A stretch of 32,163 bases of DNA from a bacterium. Lineage in GTDB: Bacteria > Arandabacterota > Arandabacteria > Arandabacterales > Arandabacteraceae. Position numbers and translations under genes: made by a program. Positions 17,868-24,656 of this stretch are shown piece after piece. Below the pieces are notes generated by a model. The model was not told where the DNA came from, did no database searches, and was given only the letters and a program-made list of their open reading frames with translations. Within the stretch, counting starts at the first letter, position 1. Every line of letters begins with the position of its first letter. The stretch is from positions 1-32,163 of the forward strand of contig JBAQHK010000242.1 of assembly GCA_049288275.1 (NCBI GenBank), given 5' to 3'.

Positions 17868-18701
17868 TCAATCCCAGATCGCCGGCTTGCCCTTGACTTG
17901 CTCATAGGTGAGCACGGGGCCGTCCCTGCAAACCAGGTACTGGCCGAGCATGCAATGGCCGCACTTGCCTATGCCGCAACTCATGTTCTTTTCCATCGAA
18001 AGGTAGATCGCGCTGTCCGGGAAGCCCAGCTCCACAAGCCGCAGGGTTCCGAACTTCATCATGATCGGCGGCCCGCAGACCACCGCCACCGCGCTGGCAA
18101 CGTCCAACCCGAGGTCCTTCACGACGGTGGTCACGACTCCGACGTTGCCCTTCCACGTTGGGTCGCCCACGTCCACCGACAGCCGGAACTCGATCTTGCC
18201 GGGGCCGAGCTTCTGCCAGCTGTCCAGGATCAGGCCCTTGTATATGATGTCCGAGGGGCTCTTGGCGCCGTAACAGAAGATGATCTTCTTGAAGTCATCC
18301 AGCCTGTGCAAGAGCGCGAAGAACAGCGAACGCAGGGGAGCAAGTCCCACGCCGCCGCCGAGGATCAGGATCTCCCTGCCCTTGAAATGGTCCAGGGGAT
18401 AGCCCTTGCCCATCGGGCCGCGCACACCGACAGCGTCGCCCTTGCGCATGCCGTGGAGCACGCTGGTAACCTTGCCGGCGCGCATGATGGTGAAGTCCAG
18501 GGTCTCGGTAACCTTGGGGTCCGACGACGGGGTAAACGGCGCCTCGCCCAGGCCCGGCACGGTGACCTCCATGAACTGCCCGGCCTCGAAGGGTATGGGC
18601 CGGCTGGGCTTCAGGACGAAGGTCTTTATGGTCGGGCTCTCCTCTATGACCTCGAGGATCTCGGAGAGCACGGGTTTGTAGATGTCTGGTGTTACCGGCA
18701 T
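17868..18701 (-). CDS. FNR-like FAD/NAD(P)-binding [2Fe-2S] protein (AsrB/HydG/SudB/NfnA family; gamma subunit)
   Basis: RAGKVTSVLHG resembles the FAD-binding region. ILGGGVGLAPL is the NAD(P) Gly-rich loop. C-terminal CGIGKCGHC is the [2Fe-2S] motif. ATG 18701 with GAAGGA upstream overlaps the preceding gene by 10 nt. Confidence 0.8.
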   Translation of the reverse strand: MPVTPDIYKPVLSEILEVIEESPTIKTFVLKPSRPIPFEAGQFMEVTVPGLGEAPFTPSSDPKVTETLDFTIMRAGKVTSVLHGMRKGDAVGVRGPMGKGYPLDHFKGREILILGGGVGLAPLRSLFFALLHRLDDFKKIIFCYGAKSPSDIIYKGLILDSWQKLGPGKIEFRLSVDVGDPTWKGNVGVVTTVVKDLGLDVASAVAVVCGPPIMMKFGTLRLVELGFPDSAIYLSMEKNMSCGIGKCGHCMLGQYLVCRDGPVLTYEQVKGKPAIWD

Positions 18702-19711
18702 ACTTCCTTCAGCACCTTTCTCATGTCGATCTTGCCGGGGCAAGCCGCGATGCAGCGGCCGCAGCCCGTGCACCCGTCGAATCCGTAGTTCTTGGGGAAG
18801 TAATCCAGCTTGTGATAGTACCTGTGCTTGAAGCGTTCAACCAGATGCTTGCGCGGATTGGCGCCCCCCGCGACCTGCGCGAAGCGCTTGTAGGCGCAGG
18901 CATCCCAGGCCTTGAGCCGCTTGTACCTGTCGCCGGCCTTCTCGTCGTACAAGAGGAAGCACTGGCATGTGGGGCAGATGAACAGGCAAGCCCCGCACTC
19001 CACGCAGGTCTCCACGTTCTTGGCCCAAGTGGCGTCGTCGTAAGCCTTGGCCAGGAGATCCTGCCAGGTGGTGGGCGGCTTGAATTCCTTGGACTGCTTT
19101 TCTACTATCTCCAGGGTCTTCTGCCGCCGGGCTCGCCGCTCGTCCAGCCGAGCTTCGGCCGCGGGCTTGAAGATGGTCGCGTTGGCCTCGACAGCCTGCC
19201 TGCCCTTGTCGCTGCCCACCTCGACAACGTAGCCGCCGGTGACCTCGCTCAAGTTGAGATCGAAACCCTTCTCGGCATAGGGCTTGACGCCCACCAGCAC
19301 GCAGAAGCAGGTCTCCAGAGGCTCGGTGCAGTCGGCGCTGACGATGAAGCTCTTCTCCCGTCGATCTCGGTAGAAGGGATCCTGGAAATCGCCCTCGAGG
19401 AAGACACGGTCCAGGGCCTCTATGGCCCGAACGTCGCAGGCCGACGCGCCGACTATGGCGAAGGGCCTGGATTCCTTGAGCGAGGAGGCACTTGAAGGGT
19501 ATTCTGCGACCTCCTCGAGCATCGAGAAGAACAGGGGCTTCAAGGGTTGGAAGGACCTCACGCCCGGCCAGGAGAAGCCGCCGACTTCCGAGTAGGGCTT
19601 CATTCTCACCCGGCCCTGATCGTCCTTGTCGGCTACAAACAGGTCACCACGCTTATGAAGGTAGGATAGGAATGTAGCGAAGTCCGATCCCGTCACGTAG
19701 TAGGCAGTCAT
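18692..19711 (-). CDS. AsrA/HydB-like iron-sulfur protein (sulfhydrogenase beta / anaerobic sulfite reductase subunit A family)
   Basis: CVECGACLFICPTCQC and CTGCGRCIAACP are ferredoxin motifs, plus a CFCV motif. It pairs with the FNR-like gene as in HydBG/AsrAB. ATG 19711 is preceded by AGGAAGAAGG. The ORF-track 40-aa N-terminal extension is rejected. Confidence 0.75.
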   Translation of the reverse strand: MTAYYVTGSDFATFLSYLHKRGDLFVADKDDQGRVRMKPYSEVGGFSWPGVRSFQPLKPLFFSMLEEVAEYPSSASSLKESRPFAIVGASACDVRAIEALDRVFLEGDFQDPFYRDRREKSFIVSADCTEPLETCFCVLVGVKPYAEKGFDLNLSEVTGGYVVEVGSDKGRQAVEANATIFKPAAEARLDERRARRQKTLEIVEKQSKEFKPPTTWQDLLAKAYDDATWAKNVETCVECGACLFICPTCQCFLLYDEKAGDRYKRLKAWDACAYKRFAQVAGGANPRKHLVERFKHRYYHKLDYFPKNYGFDGCTGCGRCIAACPGKIDMRKVLKEVCR

Positions 19712-19778
19712 CCGCCTTCTTCCTGTCTGCTTACCGGCTGCCCCTGTGCCGCGCCGACCCCACCCCGTCGAATCGGCG

Positions 19779-19869
19779 AGGATATTGCCGCCGGAAGCCC
19801 TTGTCAAGCGAAACCGGCACTTGGAGCCCAAACTCGTTAATATTACTACAAGTGGGGCGGCAGTGCAAC
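19779..19869 (-). promoter_or_regulatory. Promoter region of the hydrogenase operon: two candidate sigma70-like hexamer pairs, including an AT-rich island unusual for this GC-rich DNA
   Basis: Read on the minus strand: TTGCAC (19868-19863), a 16-nt spacer, TAATAT (19846-19841). A second candidate is TTGACA (19808-19803), an 18-nt spacer, TATCCT (19784-19779). The AT-rich tract spans 19831-19854. Confidence 0.35.
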
Positions 19870-19892
19870 AGGTTTTGGCGGCTCGCCCGCGT

Positions 19893-20035
19893 GACGCCTC
19901 GTTGGCGAAAGCCCTTCGCTCAGAGTACTGATATTCGCTACGGGCAATTCGCCAACATCGGCGCCCTTCAGGGCGAGGCGAGGGAAGGGGATTGATGCGG
20001 AGGCGAATGGGGTTCTGAGCCGGAGCGCAATCCCC
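19893..20035. repeat. Copy 1 (one-ended/partial) of a MITE-like repeat family; contains one ~28-nt terminal repeat and internal hairpin GGGGATTG-N34-CAATCCCC
   Basis: 19923-20035 is the near-exact reverse complement of 24744-24857. 19896-19922 and 19944-19963 also match 24659-24684 and 24704-24724 in direct orientation. The element sits between the stop of the PAS gene and the hydrogenase promoter. Confidence 0.7.
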
Positions 20036-20051
20036 AACCGAGCGCTCGCTG

Positions 20052-20450
20052 CTACGAGCCGGCGGGGCGGGGCTGGCAGTGGTCTCGGACGTGGGTCATG
20101 TCCTGGGCGATCTCCAGACAGCCCAAGTAGCCGCCGCGCTCGTCCCTCAGGGCCAAGTACCTCACGTTGACCAGCCTGCCGTCGAGGTCCACCCACGCCT
20201 CCACCAAGTCCTTTACGCCGGATCTGAGGTCGGCGATCACCTTGTCGACGGCGGGCACGCTCTTGGCGGGATGACAGCTCTGAACGCTGGTGCCCAATAT
20301 GGCCTTGGTGCGGGTGAAGAGCCTGTGCCGGGGTTCATTGAAGTAGAGGATGGTGTCGTCCGGGCCCACGAAGGTCAGGTCCCCCGGCACGGCGTTCAGG
20401 ATTGCGAGCATAGTGTCGAGGTCGATCATGCCATGCCCAGTTTCAATCAC
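20052..20450 (-). CDS. PAS-domain protein (PAS_10 / DUF438-associated PAS type), stand-alone
   Basis: ILNAVPGDLTFVGPDDTILYFNE...RLFTRTKAILGTSVQSCHP...DLRSG...WVDLDGRLVNVRYLALRDERGGYLGCLEIAQDMT matches the PAS_10 pattern. GTG 20450 overlaps the upstream stop (GTGA); an alternative ATG lies at 20429. Confidence 0.65.
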   Translation of the reverse strand: MIETGHGMIDLDTMLAILNAVPGDLTFVGPDDTILYFNEPRHRLFTRTKAILGTSVQSCHPAKSVPAVDKVIADLRSGVKDLVEAWVDLDGRLVNVRYLALRDERGGYLGCLEIAQDMTHVRDHCQPRPAGS

Positions 20451-20689
20451 CGGTCCTGCTGGCGACGGTAAATCAGACGAGCGCGCAGCTTGGACAGGAG
20501 CTCGTCACGCGCCGCGGCCCCGTCGCCGGCTTCTCCCGTCGTGGCGACCTCGCCTCCTGCAAGACCGGTCTTGTAACGGTCGCAGTCGTGATACTCACCG
20601 AGGCAGAAGGCCCACGCCAGGTGCATCTTGTCCTCTTCGCGGGAGAAGACCTCGAAGCCAGCGCACCTCGTCGCAAAAGGACAGCTCAT
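20447..20689 (-). CDS. Small Cys-rich protein (80 aa), unknown function, translationally coupled to the PAS gene
   Basis: ATG 20689 with GGGAG 8 nt upstream. The N-terminal half has C-x6-C-x19-C-x4-H-x-C (MSCPFATRCAGF...AWAFCLGEYHDCDRY). A low-complexity Gly/Ala linker and a basic C-terminus follow. Confidence 0.5.
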   Translation of the reverse strand: MSCPFATRCAGFEVFSREEDKMHLAWAFCLGEYHDCDRYKTGLAGGEVATTGEAGDGAAARDELLSKLRARLIYRRQQDR

Positions 20690-20805
20690 GCCGTCCACTC
20701 CCGTGCCATTGCGGTCCCCTTTCGGCTCCGCCCGGGCCGCCCACGCCTACCGCGCCGACCCGAAATCGGTGGATAATGCGAAGCCCATGAGTTAACCTAA
20801 GCACC

Positions 20806-23595
20806 ATGTCGGTCTTTCGCAAGAGTGGACAGACGCGGCTCATCGTTGTCGCCGTGTGCGTCGCGATCGGCGCGGCCGCCGCCTTTACCCAGTACGTGCA
20901 CCGCGGCTACGTCGGGGCGATCGAGGCCGGCGGCTCGGTCAGGTTGCTGGACAGCGGCCTGCACTTGAGAGCGCCCTGGAACCGGGTGACCTTCTATCCT
21001 GTCCGGTGCTGGGACACCACGATCAAGTCGTCGACCGAAGGCCCCCAGGGCAGGGTCAACTTCGACCTCCTACTGAGACTCTCGGTGAGCCGCGACCAGG
21101 TGCCCTCGTTGCACACATCATACAAGGGCAGGTACGTCGAGATGCTGGTCGCGCCCCTCGTGGCGGATTTCCTGAAGCGGCGAGGGGACGCGTCGCTGGA
21201 CTCCTACGGATCCGGCGCGGTCGCCGTGGGCAAGGACCTGGTTGCCTATCTCAACTCCGCGCTGGCACCTTACGGCGTCACCGTCTTTGGCGCTGATATC
21301 CGTTCCTACGAGGTGGTCACCAATCCCGAGGACCAGAGGATCGCCGCCGAGGCGCGCGCCCTCGGCGGACAAGTGATCCTGCTGGGAATCGACGCCTTCG
21401 ACTGGCAGGTCTATAGGGAGGTCTCACGATCCAGGCGCCTGCCCAACATAGAGCGCCTGATATCCGAAGGGACAACCGGGGATCTTCTGTCCATGGAGCC
21501 CATAGTGTCGCCCATGATCTGGACCACCATGGCCACCGGGGTCGAGCCCCCGGTGCACGGCATTGTGGACTTCCTGATGAAGGACGCCGCCACCGGTGAG
21601 GACGTGCCCATAACCAGCTCCATGCGGCGAGTGCCCGCCCTGTGGAACATGGTCACACGCTACGGCGGGTCCGCCGGCTTCATAGGCTGGCTGGGCACCT
21701 TCCCCGCCGAACCCGTGAGGGGCTTCATGGTCTCCGACAGGGTCGGCTACCACATCTTCGACCCCAGATGGCAGAAGGGCGCCTCCTACGAGGCCGACGC
21801 GGAGCGCGCCAACCTGGCAGTCGAGGGGCTCACCTATCCGGACAGCCTGCTGGAGGAGATACGACCGCTGGTCAGGAGCGCCGAAGACATCCGCTACCAG
21901 ACGGTCTCCAAGTACATAGAGGTTCCGCCCGAGGATCTCGCCTCCGACGCCAAGACCTTCGATCCCCTGGACCTGCCGCGTAATCTCAGAGTGGCGCTGG
22001 CATCCAATGCCACCTACGAGGCCGTGGCTCAATTCACTTACGAGAAGTTCGGGCCCGACGTGTTCTCGGTCTACCTCGACCTCATCGACAACGCTTGCCA
22101 TCTCTTCATAAAGCACATGGCGCCCCACACGCCGGACGTCTCCGACCGGGACGCCGCCAGGTACGGGCAGGCTGTGGCACAGGCTTACGCGCACGTCGAC
22201 AGCGTGATCGGCTGGTGGCTCGACGCGATCGACTCCGAAACCACCTTGATGGTGATATCCGACCACGGCTTCAAGAGCGGCGACCTTCGCCCCGCGGCGC
22301 CCTCGGTGATCGGCGCTCCCGCGGCGACAGCCTGGCACAGGATGGCTGGAGCTATAGCGCTCTGGGGCAAGAACGTCAGGCGGGGCGCCACCCTGTCCGG
22401 GGCGCGCGTCATAGACGTGTGCCCGACGGTCCTCGCGCTGGCGGGCCTTCCCGGGGCCGAGGACATGCCCGGCGTGGTGCTCGAGGACGCCTTCGACCCG
22501 GAGTGGGTGACGTCCCGGGCGGCCATCGAGCCGATAGAGACCTACGGAGCCAGGACCGATATCGCGGCCTCCCCCCGGAACCGGGAGGAGGAGGCCGCGA
22601 TTCTGGAGCGGCTGAAGGCGCTGGGCTACGTGGGCAGCGGCCCGACCGACCTGTCCAAGCTCGCGCACTCGCACTTCATCAAGGGCGAGTTCGACAAGGC
22701 GATCGAGATATGGCGCGAGATGCTCTCCCGGGATCCCTCCAATCTTGATGTGATGGTGTCGCTGGCCAATGCTCTGATCCAGAAGGGCGACCTGGATCGC
22801 GCCTACACCGTGCTCCGGGATGCTTCCAAGCGGGATCCCGATCACCTGCCTTCCCAGAACATGCTGGCCCTATACCACATCAACGTCGGGCACCTGGATG
22901 AGGCGGCGCGGATTTCGGCCCAGGTGATCGCCAGGGATGCCAAGAACGCGGAGGCCTACTTCAACCTGGGGGTGACCTATGACCTCCAGGCAAGGTACGA
23001 TCAGGCGCTCTCAGCCTTCAAGCGGTCCGTCGAGCTGCGGGGGGATTTCGATCAGTCCAGGATCAACCTGGGCAACGCCTACCTTCGCAAGGGCAACACG
23101 ACGGAGGCGAGGGCGCAGTTCGAGAAGGCTCTCGAGGTAAACCCGGCCAGTACCCACGCGTGGTATTCACTGGGAAAGGTTTTGCACAGCACGGGGCAAC
23201 CCGACGAGGCCGCGCGAGCCTATCGGGAGGCGCTCAAGCACACCCCTGCCTTCAGCCCAGCGCGCATAAGCCTCGCGGTGACTCTGGTGTCATCGGGCCG
23301 AATGGCTGAGGCCAAGCGCGAGCTCGAGCAGGGCCTCGGGTACCCTTACGACCTCGCGGCCATCAACACCAACATGGGCATAATCGACCGCCAGATGGGC
23401 GACGACTCCTCCGCTGAGAGGCGCTTCCGTCAAGCGATCCAGGAAGACCCCGAGTATCTGCCTGCAAGGTTGGACCTCGCCCGACTGTACTTCGATCGAG
23501 GCGATAAGGCCAAGGCGCGCAAGGAGTTGGAGGCCGTCCTAAGACTGGACCCCGGTAATCGCGAAGCCAAGGCCGCCGTGGAAAGCCTGGAGTAA
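20806..23595 (+). CDS. Three-domain membrane-anchored protein: SPFH/band-7 domain + type I phosphodiesterase/nucleotide pyrophosphatase (alkaline-phosphatase superfamily) domain + C-terminal TPR repeats
   Basis: aa 1-190: TM anchor LIVVAVCVAIGAAAAF plus an HflC-like SPFH pattern (VRLLDSGLHLRAPWNRVTFYPVR...). aa ~190-600: VILLGIDAFDWQ...SPMIWTTMATG...ISDHGF, AlkP-core metal-ligand motifs. aa ~615-929: at least seven TPR-like repeats. Confidence 0.8.
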   Translation: MSVFRKSGQTRLIVVAVCVAIGAAAAFTQYVHRGYVGAIEAGGSVRLLDSGLHLRAPWNRVTFYPVRCWDTTIKSSTEGPQGRVNFDLLLRLSVSRDQVPSLHTSYKGRYVEMLVAPLVADFLKRRGDASLDSYGSGAVAVGKDLVAYLNSALAPYGVTVFGADIRSYEVVTNPEDQRIAAEARALGGQVILLGIDAFDWQVYREVSRSRRLPNIERLISEGTTGDLLSMEPIVSPMIWTTMATGVEPPVHGIVDFLMKDAATGEDVPITSSMRRVPALWNMVTRYGGSAGFIGWLGTFPAEPVRGFMVSDRVGYHIFDPRWQKGASYEADAERANLAVEGLTYPDSLLEEIRPLVRSAEDIRYQTVSKYIEVPPEDLASDAKTFDPLDLPRNLRVALASNATYEAVAQFTYEKFGPDVFSVYLDLIDNACHLFIKHMAPHTPDVSDRDAARYGQAVAQAYAHVDSVIGWWLDAIDSETTLMVISDHGFKSGDLRPAAPSVIGAPAATAWHRMAGAIALWGKNVRRGATLSGARVIDVCPTVLALAGLPGAEDMPGVVLEDAFDPEWVTSRAAIEPIETYGARTDIAASPRNREEEAAILERLKALGYVGSGPTDLSKLAHSHFIKGEFDKAIEIWREMLSRDPSNLDVMVSLANALIQKGDLDRAYTVLRDASKRDPDHLPSQNMLALYHINVGHLDEAARISAQVIARDAKNAEAYFNLGVTYDLQARYDQALSAFKRSVELRGDFDQSRINLGNAYLRKGNTTEARAQFEKALEVNPASTHAWYSLGKVLHSTGQPDEAARAYREALKHTPAFSPARISLAVTLVSSGRMAEAKRELEQGLGYPYDLAAINTNMGIIDRQMGDDSSAERRFRQAIQEDPEYLPARLDLARLYFDRGDKAKARKELEAVLRLDPGNREAKAAVESLE

Positions 23596-23614
23596 TTGCT
23601 GCTTCCTTCCGGTT

Positions 23615-23658
23615 TGCAACACATCCGTGTTGACAAACTGCGGGCCACCTAGTATTTT
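23615..23658 (+). promoter_or_regulatory. Integrase promoter TTGACA-17-TATTTT with overlapping inverted repeat CAACAC-ATCC-GTGTTG
   Basis: TTGACA at 23630-23635, a 17-nt spacer, TATTTT at 23653-23658. The inverted repeat at 23617-23632 overlaps the -35. AAGGAG lies 7 nt before ATG 23713. Confidence 0.4.
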
Positions 23659-23712
23659 CATCATCACAGCGGGACGTGTTAAGAGGGCACGATTCGTCGA
23701 AGGAGCGTCGAC

Positions 23713-24582
23713 ATGAATGCTGGCAAGCAGGCTTTGGCACCCCAGGATACTGTAAAAGTCTTCAAACAGGATTTGCTCGCACGCGGATACAGCGCGCGCA
23801 CGGCGGAGGTTTACGCCACGGCGGTCGCCGCCTTTCTCAAGTCAGTTCCCAACCCGGCCGGCCCCGCACCCGAGGACGCGGACAGGTACATTCGCGGAAT
23901 CCTCGACGGGACTTCGAAGGGCGGGGCGTCGCAGTCGTCGGTGGGAATTGCCGCCAGCGCGATCAAGCTGCTTTACAAGCACCAACTCGGCAGGCCGCTG
24001 GAGCTTTCCGTGGAGCTCAAGCGCAGAGCGCGGCCGATGCCCTCGATCCTCTCCAAGGACGAGATCCAGAAGATAGTCACGGTCACACGCAACGTGAGCC
24101 ACAGACTGATCTTTCAGCTGATGTACTCCTCAGGACTCAAGCTGGACGAGCTTCTGGGACTCAAGGTGAAGGACGTGGAGATCGAGCAGAAGCGGCTGAC
24201 GATCAGGGGCAACGCCAAGAGCGGCAGGAAGGCCAAGTCGTCCCGGGAAACCATTCTCTCGGACAAGATCGCTCCGATGCTGCATGCGTTTGTTTCCGAC
24301 AGGGACCCCGAGGACCATGTCTTCCCGGGCATCGAGGGCGGCCCCATGACCCCGAGGGCAGTGCAGAAGGCGTTCAAGCAGGCGCTGAAGAAGGCCGAGA
24401 TCAAGAAGCGCGCCAGCTGCAACTCGCTGAGGCATTCCTTCGCGGTTCATCTGCTGCAGAAGGGAACCGACATCAAGCACGTCAGGAGGCTCTTAGGCCA
24501 CGCCCGGACCGAGACCACCTCGATCTACAAGCGCTTCATCACCGAGGAGGTCGTGAAGATCAAGAGTCCGCTCGACCTGTAG
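23713..24582 (+). CDS. Tyrosine site-specific recombinase (XerC/XerD-like integrase family)
   Basis: C-terminal catalytic region SLRHSFAVHLLQKGTDIKHVRRLLGHARTETTSIY shows the R..HxxR..Y pattern of the tyrosine recombinase active site. An N-terminal SAM-like core-binding domain is present. Confidence 0.85.
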   Translation: MNAGKQALAPQDTVKVFKQDLLARGYSARTAEVYATAVAAFLKSVPNPAGPAPEDADRYIRGILDGTSKGGASQSSVGIAASAIKLLYKHQLGRPLELSVELKRRARPMPSILSKDEIQKIVTVTRNVSHRLIFQLMYSSGLKLDELLGLKVKDVEIEQKRLTIRGNAKSGRKAKSSRETILSDKIAPMLHAFVSDRDPEDHVFPGIEGGPMTPRAVQKAFKQALKKAEIKKRASCNSLRHSFAVHLLQKGTDIKHVRRLLGHARTETTSIYKRFITEEVVKIKSPLDL

Positions 24583-24610
24583 CCGCCCGTCGATCAGGCA
24601 GCAACACAGC

Positions 24611-24640
24611 GACCCCGCGAGTGCCCCTCGCGGGGTCTTC
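24611..24640 (+). terminator. Candidate intrinsic terminator after the recombinase gene (11-bp GC-rich stem, 5-nt loop, short U-run)
   Basis: GACCCCGCGAG-tgccc-CTCGCGGGGTC at 24611-24637, followed by TTC. The downstream U-tract is weak. Confidence 0.45.
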
Positions 24641-24656
24641 GCATTGGGACCCTCCA

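Noticed and set aside
16092-18788. 898-aa plus-strand ORF antisense to hydrogenase subunit genes
   Set aside because: Same reasoning: antisense to NuoH/ferredoxin/FNR-like genes with strong motifs, low-complexity translation.
19801-20196. Small ORFs over repeat copy 1 (19801-19995 plus, 19846-20196 minus) and over copy 2 (24644-24844, 24751-25041, 24763-24963)
   Set aside because: They share peptide segments only because the underlying DNA repeat is present in both places, and orientation flips between copies. They have no RBS and lie in intergenic hairpin-rich sequence.
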